Part shown: positions 47,900 to 61,470 of the stretch, piece after piece | Position numbering within the stretch: position 1 is the first letter of the stretch | Layout of the letters: every line of letters begins with the position of its first letter | Source: the human T2T-CHM13v2.0 reference genome, Homo sapiens | Strand: one strand, 5' to 3' | Length of the DNA stretch: 64,000 nt | Assembly: GCF_009914755.1 (NCBI RefSeq) | Contig: NC_060928.1 | The notes under the pieces: model-generated | Told to the model about the DNA's origin: nothing | The model's database searches: none | The model's input: only the letters and a program-made list of their open reading frames with translations | Position numbers and translations under genes: made by a program

Positions 47900-48200
47900 A
47901 GAAAGTGAAGGGATATTCTTTTAGTGAGGGATTGTTGAGTTTGAACATTTGGGATTTAAGATGGTGATTGACATTCAAATGATGAAATGGCTCGGGAGCT
48001 TTGATAATACTCAGACTTGAGAGTCAGTCAACATAGTGGTGATGTTTAAAGTTCTGATAAAGTGTTATTTCTGTACAGAATCAGGAAGATCAGAAGATCA
48101 GATGAGAGATGATCGGGGGCTAAGATAGAAACTTTGTTAAGGGTTGAAGAAAAGGACTAAGCACTGTCAGGAAAGAAGCTAGAAGGGTCCCAAGTAAACA
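47900..48200 (-). mobile_element. L2 fragment
   Basis: agtttgaacatttgggatttaagatg...gacattcaaatg...ttgagagtcagtcaacatag. Confidence 0.5.
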
Positions 48201-48969
48201 ACAGAAATAAAAATGAAGAAGAGAGTTTGGGTTCTGCTAAAAGTAAATTCTTAAAAGAACACTATGTAGAAGAGTGACAGAGGAAATTTTAAAGGGGGAT
48301 TGTGTGCTAAGAACATGATCAGAAATACACAAATCATTTGAGAATTTGGTTAAGAAAAAAAGAGAAGTAGGAGGTTGTAATAAAATTCGTTTTCCCAGAA
48401 TAGATAGTACTAAAATATTTATTTAAGTTAGACTAAAAAAAACAAAGAACAAAAAAAGATTGGTATTCAAAATACTAGAGTTTGGGCAGGTAGGAATGTT
48501 AACTTTCAAATGAAGGATTTGAGCATATGTGTATGTGTGTCTGTGTGTTTAAGGGATAATGTTGTTAGTATTATTTTCTTTATATAAAAATTAATTTTGG
48601 TATTTGAAAAGAAATCTTGTAGCGTTAGTCCCTTATTTTTTTAAGCAGTAAATTGAAAAAATTAAACTGAAGTAAATTTTTATAACATAACTTTTTTAAA
48701 GGAAAAATTAATTACCTATGCTAGAGGGCAAGACTTCTTTGAAGTCAATGGGTACAAAGGTATTTCAAGGACAAACGCCTGTTAGAGAAAACTAATGGAG
48801 GAAATTTTGTTTTAGTAAGGAAGTGCATCATGTAGGTTGGAAAATGAGAGAATGATGGTAAATCACATTTTCCCTCAATTTTTGACTTGTAAAAGGATAG
48901 TAGGAGTAAAGATAATGTTACTCTGGACTATTTGAAAGCCGTTTTTACTTATACTAAATAAGCATATTA

Positions 48970-49190
48970 GTGTATACTTACATAGTGTCTACCAAGTGTT
49001 TGGCACATTTAAATTCACTAAATCCTTTCACCAAATCTCTTCCAAAAGTACCATTACTATCCCCGGTTTCCTAATGAGGACGTTGACAGGTTAAGTAACT
49101 TTCCCAGAGTTAGTTACTCACTTAAGAAATAGGGTCAGGATTAGAATCCAGGTAATCTAAGACCAAAGTCTGTGTACACTATACTCTACT
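48970..49190 (-). mobile_element. MIR
   Basis: attactatccccggtttcctaatgagg...aggttaagtaactttcccag...ggattagaatccagg. Confidence 0.75.
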
Positions 49191-49361
49191 TATTAATTAA
49201 GTAATTTATGATTATAGGGTTTGTATGTGGGGGGGGCTCTCAAGACTGATCATTTACATCACACCTTTGTGGGAATTAGAGGCTCCCTCTGCATGAATGG
49301 ATTAGAAAAACACATTTTGCCAAGCAATAAAAGCCTTGTGGTCCTGTACACTCGAAATGCA

Positions 49362-49510
49362 TATGTCTGAGTTCAAATCCTAGCTCTGCCTCACCCTGTG
49401 GAATGGCTTTGGTAAATAACTAGCCTCTCAGTACTTCCATTTCCTCATCTATGTATTGGGGACATTTAGCGCTCTCTCCAAAATTAATTGTGTGGTTGAA
49501 TTGAGGTGTT
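49362..49510 (+). mobile_element. MIR fragment
   Basis: ctgagttcaaatcctagctctgcc...tttcctcatctatg. Confidence 0.7.
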
Positions 49511-49776
49511 AGGAAGAAGATATGGCTGGCCCTTAGCACACATTCCATATATATCATCTATTCGTTCTTAAAAATAAAATATGGCATTAATTTAGAAATA
49601 ACACTTTTTTTCACTAGCCTTTTATGCAAAAAAGTTATTGAGACATTTCCCCTCATCTTTAATATCTGTCTTTATCATCAATAGACACACTTTTGAATCA
49701 CTTAAAACAGTTTTCCAGAGCCCAACATCTTGAATTCCAAGTTAAGAATCAATACTATGTTTTTGTATTTGGCAGT

Positions 49777-50136
49777 TGTATTAGTCTGTTTTTATGCTGC
49801 TGATAAAGACATACCTGAGACTGGGTAATTTATAAAGAAAAAGAGGTTTAATGGACTCACAGCTCCACATGGCTGGGGAGGCCTCACAATCATGGCAGAA
49901 GGCAAAAGGCATGTCTTACATGGTGGCAGTAAGAGAGGATGAGAGCCAAGCAAAAGGGGAAACTCCTATAAAATCATCAGATCTCATGAGACTTATTCAC
50001 TACCACAAGAACAGTATGGGGGAAACCACCCCCATGATTCAGTTATCTCCAACCAGGTCCCTCCTACAACGTGTGGGAATTATGGGAGCTACAATTCAAG
50101 ATGAGATTTGGGTGAGGACACAGCCAAACCATATCG
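49777..50136 (-). mobile_element. THE1B/THE1C solo LTR
   Basis: tgtattagtctgttttt..gctgctgataaagacatacc...gacacagccaaaccatatc. Confidence 0.93.
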
Positions 50137-50281
50137 ATCAGTGCTGTCATAAAAAATTGTATCCCAAGCCAGCACTACTCCTCACAGAGTATTAGGACAG
50201 ATTTTTTGGTTCTACTCTGTTGAGTGTAGGTGATCTCTAAAATGTAAATTATTTTATGTATTACTTTCTAAAGAAATCTTT

Positions 50282-50587
50282 TCTTTTTTTATTATTTTGA
50301 GACAGAGTCTGACTCTATCACTCAAGGTGGCACGATCTCGGCGCACTGCAACCTGCGCCTCTTGGGTTCCAAGTGATTCTTGTGCCTCAGCCTTCTTAGT
50401 AGCTGGGATTACAAGCATGAGCCACCACACCCAACTAATGTTTGTATTTTTAGTAGAGATGGGGTTTTGCCATGTTGGCCAGGCTTTTCTCAAAATCCTG
50501 GCTTCAAGTAATTTGCCTGCCTCGGCCTCCCAAAGTGCTGAGATTATAGGTGTGAGCGACGTGCCCTCTGAGCCACTGTGCTTAGCC
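50282..50587 (-). mobile_element. Alu (S/J), with a small internal deletion and duplicated 5' end
   Basis: Dimer lacking ctggagtgca. TSD agaaatcttt at 50272-50281 and 50588-50597. Confidence 0.9.
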
Positions 50588-51037
50588 AGAAATCTTTAAA
50601 AAGTTAGTGTATAGCAGCATCCAATAATTCTTACTGTGAATTTATACTCAAAGAATAATTATTAAATCTGTGAAATTTTTCTTTTTATCAAAAAGAATTT
50701 CTTCCTCTTTTTATGTCAGATGACTTGGTAAGAATTATAAACTAGCATTGATTGGGGTCATTTCTGGTTAATATATCTTCCTCAAACAGTACTTTATGGT
50801 TCAAAATAAAGAAATTTAGAGAGCCCTTCATATTTGATTATAAGGTAAATTCTTTTTTCTAAATGTGAATTTGGGGAAAATTTTTTTAGCTATATTTTAC
50901 ATTGATAAGATGCTTAGGGCATATAGGGAAACTAAAAGGCATGCTCAGAAAAATAGATGATTTTAAACTTGCCTCTTAGAGGCAGGGGTATTGTTGCTTG
51001 AGAGATGACTGCAGTTTGTACCTTTTAGAGCAGAACA

Positions 51038-51188
51038 CAATGTTTCAAAGTGTAATCACAGATTTTAGTACATTTAGTTTCACCACATTGAGGCACAACT
51101 TAGATATGGAGCCCAGGAATCTACATTTTAAACAAGGTCTTTCCTACTCCAAATATTTTTTATGCACACTACAGTTTGAGTAATTGTA
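51038..51188. mobile_element. MER5-type hAT fragment
   Basis: ggagcccaggaatctacattttaaacaag...tatgcacactacagtttgag. Confidence 0.65.
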
Positions 51189-51294
51189 TTTCGTATAATA
51201 GAGGATATGTATGGCAGAAAGGAGTGGAGTGAACAGCCAGAGAAGAGGGAGGGCAAGAATAGACCAAGTGATTAAGATAGGCAGGTGGGATTGG

Positions 51295-51548
51295 GAAAGA
51301 GACTTACTATAAGGCATTGGGGCTCACTTGATTATGAAGGCTTAGAAGTCTGGGAGCTGAAGGGGGTGAACTGGGGACCCAGAAGAGCTGATGGTGTAGT
51401 TTTAGGCAGAATCTGAAGGTCTGAAAACCAGGAGGACTGATAGTGTAGTTCCAGTCTGAGTCCATGTCCAAGGGCAGGAAAAGACCAATGTCTCAGCTTG
51501 AAGATGGTCAGGCAGAGAGAAAATTACCCAGTCTCAGCCATTCTGTTA
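51295..51548 (-). mobile_element. MLT2 (ERVL) LTR fragment
   Basis: gattatgaaggc..agaagtc, agctgatggtgtagtt, ccagtctgagtcc, aagaccaatgtctcagct, gtcaggcagagaga. Confidence 0.75.
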
Positions 51549-51615
51549 TGACAACAGAAAATGAAATAAGACAGTGTGTTTAAATATATGAAAACAGTAA
51601 TAAGCCTGTAATCTC

Positions 51616-51876
51616 TCTTTTTTTTTTTTTCTTGAAATGACATCTCGCTTTGTCGCCCAGGCTGGAGTGCAGTGATATGATCTTGGCCCACTGCAACCTC
51701 TGCCTGCTGGGTTCAAGCAATCTCCTGCCTCAACCTCATGAGTAGCTGGGATTACAGGCATGTGCCACTGTGCCCAGCTAATTTTTGTATTTTTAGTAGA
51801 GATGGGGTTTTACCATATTGGTCAGGCTGGTCTCAAACTCCTGACCTCGTGATCCGCCCACCTCAGCCTCCCAAAG
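51616..51876 (-). mobile_element. AluSg-like, missing its first ~35 nt
   Basis: Ends at ctcccaaag. TSD gcctgtaatctc at 51604-51615 and 51877-51888. Confidence 0.93.
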
Positions 51877-52575
51877 GCCTGTAATCTCATAGGAGAGAGA
51901 CATCTTTTACTAGAAAGGTACTGTGTCCAGAGTTAAAAGTAAAGATAAAATAAATGCTATTCACTATGCTTGGGAAAGATGAGAGGCCAAAGAGGTGAAA
52001 AGAGAAAGAAGGAAGTTATCAATGACAAAGTTATAAATATTGATGAGTGAGCAATCTGAACAAAGGTCATATCATTTATTAGATGACATTGAAAGGTTAT
52101 TTTTACTACTTCAGTGATTTTGTTGCATATTCCTATAAAAGAGGGATATATGTAAAATGAACAATGTTCCTGATAAAGTATGCACAATAAAGATATTTCT
52201 ATGATATGGATCACCCTTGACAACATTGTAAAGGGCTAGTTGTGTTTCACCCTTCCTGCTGGTCCCCATTTTCCTCATAACAGACTCTCTCCTCTACTTT
52301 GACGGGTCTAGTGTCCCAATTCTTGCCGCTTTTCCCATGCTTTCTCAGTTTTAAGAACTTTGAGTGTGATGGTTGATGAATTATACTTTACTATATGTAA
52401 ATTTCAATTACTTCTTTCATTTATATTTGAAACTATTTGACCAGGCACCAGTGACCAGGGTAGGAGAGACTTGGGATGACAAGGAGACGTTGAGGGGTGC
52501 CTTTGTCCCTCTTTCTCTCCCCTTTTACGCCAGTCAGATACTTTCCAAATAGAGTATTGGTTTTACCCTGGCAAA

Positions 52576-53296
<721 letters not shown>

Positions 53297-53399
53297 ACAA
53301 TGAGAGGTTTGTTAAGCGTCCAGCTGAAAGGTGAATGATATAATTTCTAACATTGTTCAGCCAAAACTTTGGTGTTTGAAATCCTCCCATTCCTTCTCT

Positions 53400-53625
53400 T
53401 TAATGGCAGTAGTCACAATAACTATCACTTCCATAGTTCCAGGTATGCCACTTACTACTTTTCATGTGCCAGTGCATTTTTTTCCTCACAACAGCCCTGT
53501 TAGATAGGTCCTTTGACTATCCCTTTGTCACAAGAGAAAATTAAAGCATAGTGAGGTCAGGTCACACACTGAGTAGTGACATCAGACACCAGAGGCCATG
53601 TTCTTCACCGTATGCTATACTGTCC
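53400..53625 (-). mobile_element. MIR
   Basis: tcctcacaacagccctgttagatagg...tatccctttgtcacaagagaaaattaaagcatag. Confidence 0.6.
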
Positions 53626-54184
53626 TGTTGTGAGGGGCTCCCTCAAGCAAAAGTGGATGCCTTCACTAGTTCTCTCCCTTCCCTAGTTCTCTCCCTTCCC
53701 TGTCTTCCTTGTGAAAAATACTCCAAGACTTCAGAATCTATTCTCCCATTTATATTTGGGTCTCCACCATTCTCTGTCTTCTGAAACATGGCAATTCTGC
53801 TTCAGTTACTGGACAGGCTCTCCACACAGCCTCATGGACCAATTCGAACTCTTTACCTAATTGTAAATGCCATGCAAGTGTCCAAAAGGAAAGCATGGTG
53901 TATAGAAAGCATCTCTTTGAAGTAGGAAACATGGAGGTATGGTAATTGCATCTTTGGCTTTTGAGCGATTACCTATTATTGTGTGTGCCAATGTATATAT
54001 GCATCTTACACTTTATGGAAATAGGAAACTAGGTCAACATCGAGGGAGATTAAGAATACTAATCAATAACTTAAAAAGAGAAAAAGGTCATTAACATTTG
54101 AAATGTCATAGGAAAGTAAATCCAAATCCCAAATTGGGTACTATGTAGGCTGTCATTTACACTTAAAGAATCATAATCTTCAAA

Positions 54185-54265
54185 AAAGAGGGACCCTGCA
54201 ATCTGCTTTGTAAATAACTATTTGGGTGATTCTCATGTTCATTCAAATGAGAAAGTCATTGCCCT
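54185..54265. mobile_element. MER5-type fragment
   Basis: ggaccctgcaatctgc...ggtgattctcatg...tgagaaagtcattg. Confidence 0.45.
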
Positions 54266-54977
54266 GGGAGTTGTGAAGGCATTTAAAAAAATTTAATGAC
54301 GACATACTTTAATTTCCCAGTAATTTAATAAAAATGTCTTGAACTGCTAAAAAATAAATTGGATAAACTAAGAAACAAAAACATGTACTCTCAGTTTTAG
54401 CTTTATTTGAAAGAGTCTTAGAGAAATAAAATTAAATCCCATTTGAGTCATTTGGAAGTGTTTCTTTCTGTCCTTTTCTTTCTCTGTTCTTTTATTCCTG
54501 AAGAATAGCCGTAAAATGGCTTACATGTTCCCACCAGGAAAGCTGGATTACAACTTGGAGACGAACAATTTTGCTGAAATCACTATTTGCAGAGATATAT
54601 AGCTCCTTAGCCAGCTGAAAATGTTCTTGTCTTGAACATAGGCAGGTGTGTTGCTGCTGGACCGTGAGGGTTGCCCTGGTCACGGCAAAAGCCTTCAGAT
54701 AGCTCACTTGCTTGAGAGTTGGCCTGCCACCATCAATGTGATGCCTGATTTTCCATAGCCAAGAGAGAACACATTCCTTAGGGAAGCTGGACTGCTTGCC
54801 ATGGTGAGGGACATTCACTTTTTCACTGATTCATTTGATTTGACAAAATAATCCTGGAACATTCAATTTTACCCTCGTGTTCTGTAGTCAAAGCAACTAA
54901 CATGGATCAAGAATACTTAGGGTTTGTGGTTTTTGAATATGTTAGTCATTCTCACTTGTTTCTTCAGAGGATGTTAC

Positions 54978-55230
54978 CTGGTGATTAGGATTGGGTTCTG
55001 GAGTCAGATTGCCAAGATTTCAACACAGGCTGTAGTATTTTTTACCTTGTCTGATTCTGAGCAGGCTATTTCACTTCTTGGTGCCTCATTTTCACCTCTG
55101 TAAAGTGGGGGATGATTATAATACCTCCCTCTTGGAGGGTTTTCATAAGGATTAAATGAGATAATGCAGGTGAAACATTAGGAACTGTGCCTGGCACACA
55201 TGTGGTATTCAGTAAATATTAGGTAATAAT
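54978..55230 (+). mobile_element. MIR
   Basis: ttctggagtcagattgcc...gtgcctcattttcacctctgtaaagtgggg...aggattaaatgagataatgca...gtgcctggcacacat. Confidence 0.88.
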
Positions 55231-56174
55231 TTCTAAAATGAGCAACAAATTGACTATTCACATTCGAGTAAAGGGCTTTAAAAAATGTTTAATTCATAAG
55301 TTTTAGAGATTTTAAAATATATTAGTATGTTTGTATATGTGTACATGTATTGGAGGCTGGGAGAGGGACACAGTGTAAATCTAGGCATTGATTGTTTACC
55401 TCATAGTATTAAGGAAATACCACCGTATTAAAGCCACAGCTAGGGAATACAAGGTTTCTAAGTCGGTAAGTTATAATTCCAGAGTTGGAGTTTTCCTCTG
55501 TTACAGTCTACTGCAGGAAGGAGACAAGACGAGGCTGCCCTGTGGGAAGGCACAATTTTGGTGCCATATTTACGCCCCTATAAAAAGTTTAGTTTCTTTA
55601 CCCATATCGGGATTAGGATGAGCAGAGAAAGAACCATAAAGGGCAGACACAACACAGCTTATTAAGATACGCATGTTGACCTGTCGTACCAGAGAAGAAT
55701 AAGGGCCTCTCCAAACTTTTGTGGTAGGACTTGGGGGTTAAGGGCAGGAGCATTCACTAACAATTCTTTTTTTCTCGAGAGAGACTAGACCTACCAAGCC
55801 AAGGACTTTTTCCTTATCCTTCAAATTGTGTTTCAGCTGAATAGCAATGATTACGGTGTGTTAGTAGGCTTAAAGTGGTACACTAAATGCTCTTTCCAAT
55901 GAGTCAAGCATAAACCTGGGGGAACAGATATATAAGGTGATTTTTCTTTCAGATCAGAAAATATTGCTCTTGTTAACCCATGTTCTCTTCTTGCCATCTG
56001 ATCTGCCTAATCCTCAGTGAGTCATCTGTTTCATCTCCTGCTCACTTTAGGATGGTGTTGGAAGAGTAAGATGGGCTTATGTTGGCCCATGTTATGTAGT
56101 TATGCATCACTGTCACTAAGCTTCTTAAACTTACCAAAGCACAAGCTTAAACCTGTGTATAAGACACAGCTTAT

Positions 56175-56489
56175 GGCCGGGCGCGGTGGCTCACGCCTGT
56201 AATCCCAGCACTTTGGGAGGCCAAGGTGGGCAGTCAGGAGATAGAGACCATCCTGGCTAACACAGTGAAACCCCATTTCTACTAAAAATACAAAATATTA
56301 GCCAGGCATTGTGGTGGGCGCCTGTAGTCCCAGCTACTCAGGAGGCTGAGGCAGGAGAATGGCGTGAACCCGGGAGGCGGAGCTTGCATTGAGCCGAGAT
56401 CGTGCCACTGAGCTCCAGCCGGACAGAGCAAGACTCTGTCTCAAAAAAAAAAAAAAAAAAAAAAAAAGAAAAAGAAAAAGAAAAAAAAA
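56175..56489 (+). mobile_element. AluY with two small internal deletions
   Basis: gagaccatcctggctaacac, gaatggcgtgaacccgggaggcggagcttgca; long A tail. TSD acacagcttat/acacggctgat. Confidence 0.95.
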
Positions 56490-56873
56490 ACACGGCTGAT
56501 ACAACATCAGAAGTTTTCTGCATAGAATTATACAAAGTGATTTAAAATATTTGGATAGTTAAAAACTTAATTTCCCATTGCTCTCAGAGACTTCTTCATG
56601 TCCTAGAAGTCATGATGTCAAAATATCAATGAAGGTGAATTAGTGATTAAAAAAAAAAAGATTGTGAAATTCTTATGCTTAGTTCTGCACTTTTCTTCTG
56701 TTTCTACTCTTAATTTGAACTTCATCCATACTTCACACAATTTTATTCCTCTGATCTGTCTCATTTTCCTTTAATTTGTTTCACTATTCTCCTATTTCCA
56801 AGCGGACAGCACCTACCTACTTTACCAATTCTGGGCTTCCTCTTCCTTTTGGTTATTTCTAAGATACAGTTGT

Positions 56874-57266
56874 TGTATTAGTCCATTCTCACATTGCTAT
56901 AAAGAAATACTGAGACTGGGTAATTTATAAAGGAAAGAGGTTTAATTGGCACACAGTTCTACCTGCTCTACAGGAAGCATAGTGGTTTCTGCTTCTGGGG
57001 AGACCTCAGGAAACTTACAATCATGGCAGAAGGCCAAGGGGAAGCTGGCATGTCCTATTGGAGTTAGAATAAGACAGGGTGGTGGGGAGGTGCCACACAT
57101 TTGTAAACAACCAGATCTTGTGAGAACTCTATCATGAGAATGACATCAAAGAGAAAAATCTACCCCCATGATCCAATCACCTCCCACCAGGCCCCATCTC
57201 CAACACTGGGATTACAACTGGACATGAGATTTGGGGTGGGGGGGGACACAAATCCAAACCATATCA
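56874..57266 (-). mobile_element. MSTA-type solo LTR
   Basis: tgtattagtccattctc...acaaatccaaaccatatca; TSD gttgt/gttat. Confidence 0.92.
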
Positions 57267-57290
57267 GTTATCTTGTGCGCTTACTTTTGG

Positions 57291-57358
57291 TCTCTCTCTC
57301 TCTCTCTCTCTCTGTCTGTCTCTCTCACACTCTCGTTGTGTATGTGTATGTGTGTCTG
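57291..57358. repeat. (TC)n / (TG)n microsatellite
   Basis: Seen directly. Confidence 0.85.
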
Positions 57359-57758
57359 TAAGCTGGGAATTTGTTACTTCTTAGATACCTAGCCTTGCCT
57401 TATTCAGGGAATACTGGAATATAAACATCTTTTTTACTTTCTCATTTGCATTTTTTTGTTTTCCAAGCTTTTCTGGCTTCATGATGGGGAAAAGGTATGT
57501 TGTAATCTATTTTAGCTTTCTTAAAGAGGAAAGAACATTAACTGAAGACATAGAGGCACAAAGCACAACATAGTTATATGCCAAGTAAAAATGATCAGGT
57601 CTGAGGATTAAGAAAAATATTCATAACTTCAAGTATTTATTTTCTAATTTTATAGTTGACAAAAGCAGTTACCAGTAGCACATTATTTGTCTCAAATATT
57701 CAAAGATCAATGGGAATATGTAAACATTAAGAAAAAAATTTAGAGCTGTCAGGCTGTC

Positions 57759-58053
57759 TTATTTTCTTGAGACAGGGTCTTTCTCCGTCTCTCAGGCTAG
57801 AGGGCAGTGATGCGATCACAGTTTACTGCAGCCTTGATCCCCTAAGCTCAGGTGATCATTCCACCTCAGCCTCCTGAGTACCTGAGACTACAGGTATTCA
57901 CCACCATGTCCAGCTAATTTTTAGTTTTTATTTTTGGAGAGATAGGTTCTTGCTATGTTGTCCAGTCTGGTCTTAAACTCCTGTGCTCAAGCAATCCTCC
58001 TGCCCTGGCCTTCCAAAGTGCTGAGATTACAGGTGTGTGTCACTACACCCAGC
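57759..58053 (-). mobile_element. AluJ
   Basis: gagacagggtct, gatcacag..tactgcagccttg, gctcaagcaatcctcc J-type diagnostics. Confidence 0.9.
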
Positions 58054-61000
58054 ACTGGCCATTTTAGGTTTAAATGTGATTGTTAATCATTATGATCTAA
58101 AATGTTCACATGATTTAAATGTGTCTTGCAGATTGAAATGTGTAGGGAGAAGTGTTATATTTTGTTTTTAAAATGGATGCAGTAATTGTACGTATTTATG
58201 AGAAACAGTGTGATCCTTTGATACATGCATGCAAAGTAGCATGCTCTATCTCATAAATACGTACAATTACTATGTACATATTAGATATGCATCACCTTAA
58301 ACATTTATCTTTTTTGTTAGAACATTCAAAATCTTATTTTCTAGATATTTAAAATATACAATGCATTATTGTTAGCTATAGTCACCTTACTGTGCAACAG
58401 AACACCAGAACTTACTCCTCCTATCTAACAATATCATTCTATCCATTGGCCAACCTCTTTCCATCTCCCTTTCCTTGCTATTTTTTTCAGACTCTGTTAG
58501 CTACTATTCTACCTTACAGCTTCTTTAAGATCAACTTTTAAAAATTTCACATATGAGTGTGATCATGTAATATTGATTTTCTGTGCCTGGCTCATTTCAT
58601 TTAAAATAATTGTCTTTGGACATATCTATATTGTTGCAAGGGACAAGGTTTTGTCCTTTTTATGGCAGAATAGTATTCCATTGTGTATATAAACATATTT
58701 TCTTTATCCATTCCTCCACTGATGTTCATTTAGGTTGATTCCATGTCTTGGCTTGCATGGAAGTGCAGATTTTTTTTATATACTTATTTTAAATCATTTG
58801 GATATATAAATAGTAGAGACACTGCTAGATTGTATTATAGGTCTATTTTTAATTTTTCAAGGAAGCATCATACTATTTTTCATAATGGTTGTACTAATTT
58901 ACATTCCCACCAGCAGTGTATAAGAGTTGCCATTTCTCTATATTCTCACCAGTGTTTGTTAGTTTTTTTTTTTTTTTTTTTTTTTGGTAATAGCCATTCT
59001 AACTGGAATAAAGTGATATCTCATTGTGGTTTTAATTTGCATATCCCTGATGGTTAGTGATGTTGAGCATTTTTTCATATACTTGCTGGTCACTTGTATG
59101 TCTTCTTTGAGAAATATTTATTCATGTATTTTGCCCATTTTAAAATGTTGTTATTAACATTATATGCAACTGAATTGTTTGAATACCTTATACATCCTGG
59201 ATATTAATCCCTTGTCAGATGTGTAATTTGAAAATACTTCTAATTTTTTCCCTTCTTTTCACAGGTGTTGAATTTCCTTCTATTTTGTAGGTTACCTCTT
59301 TATTTATTGCTTGCTGTACAGATGTTTTTTAGTTTGATATAGTCCCATTTGTTTATTTTTGCTTTTGTTGCTTATGCTTTTAAGATTTTGTTTAAAATAC
59401 CCAAACTGATGTGATATAGCATTTCCCCTATGTTTTCTTCTAGTAATTTCATAGTTTTTGGCCTTATATTTAAGTCTTTAATTCATTTTTAGGTTGATTT
59501 TTGTATGTGGTGAGAAATAGGGTCAAGTTTCCTTTTATTTTTTGCGTATGGATATCCAGTTTTCCCAGCACCATTTATTGAAAAGTCTGTCTTTTACCCA
59601 TCATGTATTCTTGGCACCTTTGTCAAAAATCAGTTGGCTGCAAGTGCATGGATTTATTTCTGTGCTCTCTATTCTGTTCCATTGGTCTATGCGTCTATAT
59701 TTATGCCAATACCATGATGTTTTGGCTACTATAGTTTTGTAGCATATTTTGAAATCAGGTAATGTGATGCCTCCTGCTTTGTTCTTTTTGATCAAAATTG
59801 CTTGGCCATTCAGGCTCTCTTGTAGTTCCATATGAATTTTAGGATTTTTTTTTTCTATTTCTGTGAAGAATGGTATTAGAATTTTGATGGAATTGCATTG
59901 AATCTGTAGATCACTTTGGGTAGTCTGGACATTTTAACAATATTAATTGTTTCAATCCATGAACATGGGATATTTTTTCATTTATTTGCATCCTCTTCAA
60001 CTTCCTTCATTGATGTTTTATAGTTTTCATTGTAAAGAGTTTTTACTTCCTTGGATAAATTTATTCCTAGGTATTTTATTTTATTTTTGTAGCTAATAGA
60101 ATTGGTTGTTTTGAGTTCTTTCCCAGATTTTTACTCTTTGTGTACAGAAGCACTATTTTTATATGTTGATCTTATATCCTGCAACTTTACTGTATTTTTT
60201 TTAGTTTTTTGATGCAGTCTTTAAGGTTTTCTGTATGTAATATCATCCATCTGTAAACAGGGACAATTTGAGTTCTCCATTCCAATTTGGATGCTTTTTA
60301 TTTCTTTCTCTTTCCTGATTGCTCTGGCTAGAACTTCTAGTATTGTTTTGAATAGTAGTGGTGAATGTAGGCATCTTTTTCTGGTTCTAGGTCTTAGGGG
60401 AAGAGCTTTCAACTTCCCCTCATTCAGTATAATGTTAGCTATGGGTTTTATCATATATGGCCTTTATTATATGGAGATATGTTTCTTCTAAACCTCACTT
60501 ATTGAGAGTTTTTATCATGATAGGCTGTTGAATTTTGCCAAAGGCATTTTCTGCATCTATTGAGATAATTATATATTTTCAATCTTTTATTTTGTGAATG
60601 TGATATATCAAATTTATTGATTTGCAGATGTTAAACTGTCATTGTATCCCTAGGATGAACCCCATTTGATCATCTTTTAAATTTGCTGTTGAGTTTTAAT
60701 TGCTAGTATTTTGTTGAGGATTTTTGCTGCTATGTTCATCAGAAATATTGACCTATTTTTTTTTTTCTTTTTCTTTGTTGTGTCATTATCTGGTTTTGGG
60801 ATTAGAGTAGTTCTGGCCTCATAAAATGAGTCTAGAAGAGTTCCCTCCTTTTCAATTTGTTAAATATTGGTGTTAATACTTCCTTAAATGTTTTATAGAA
60901 TTCAGCAGTGAAGCCATCAAGTTTTGGACTTTTCTTTCACGGAAGACTTCTCGTTACTGCTTCAATATCATTACTTGTTAGTCATCTCTTCAGATTTTGT

Positions 61001-61162
61001 ATTTCTTCTTTAGTCAGTCTTGGTAGGTTTTGTGTGTTCAGCAATTTATCAATTTCTTGTGGGTTTTGCAATTTGTTGGCATATAATAGTGCATAGCATA
61101 TTTCTGTTGTAATGACTCTTTTGTCTCTGTTTCATTTATTTGAATCTTCTTTCTCTGTCTCT

Positions 61163-61470
61163 GTTTTATTTATTTATTATGTTTTTATTTTGATACAGGG
61201 TCTCATTCTGTCACCTAGGCTGGAGTGCAGTGGTGTGTGATCATAGCTCACTGCAGATTCGACCTCCTGGGCTCAGGTGATCCTCCTACTTCAACCTCCC
61301 AAGTAGCTGGGAGCACAGGCATGCACCACCCTGCCTGGCTAATTTTTTTATTTTTTGTAGAGATGGGGTTTCACCATGTTGCCCAGGCTGCTAAACTCCT
61401 GGGCTCAAGCAATCGGCCCGCCAAAGCCTCCCAAAGTACTGGGATTACAGTGTGAGCTATTGTGCCCAGC
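61163..61470 (-). mobile_element. AluJ inserted in L1MA
   Basis: gatcatagctcactgcag, cctgggctcaagcaatc. Confidence 0.92.

Noticed and set aside
54492-54818. 108-aa minus-strand ORF over the candidate exon
   Set aside because: No recognisable homology, and the splice-like signals are on the opposite strand.
55545-55870. Possible ancient LTR relic
   Set aside because: It looks vaguely LTR-like, but I could not identify termini, a TSD or a family.
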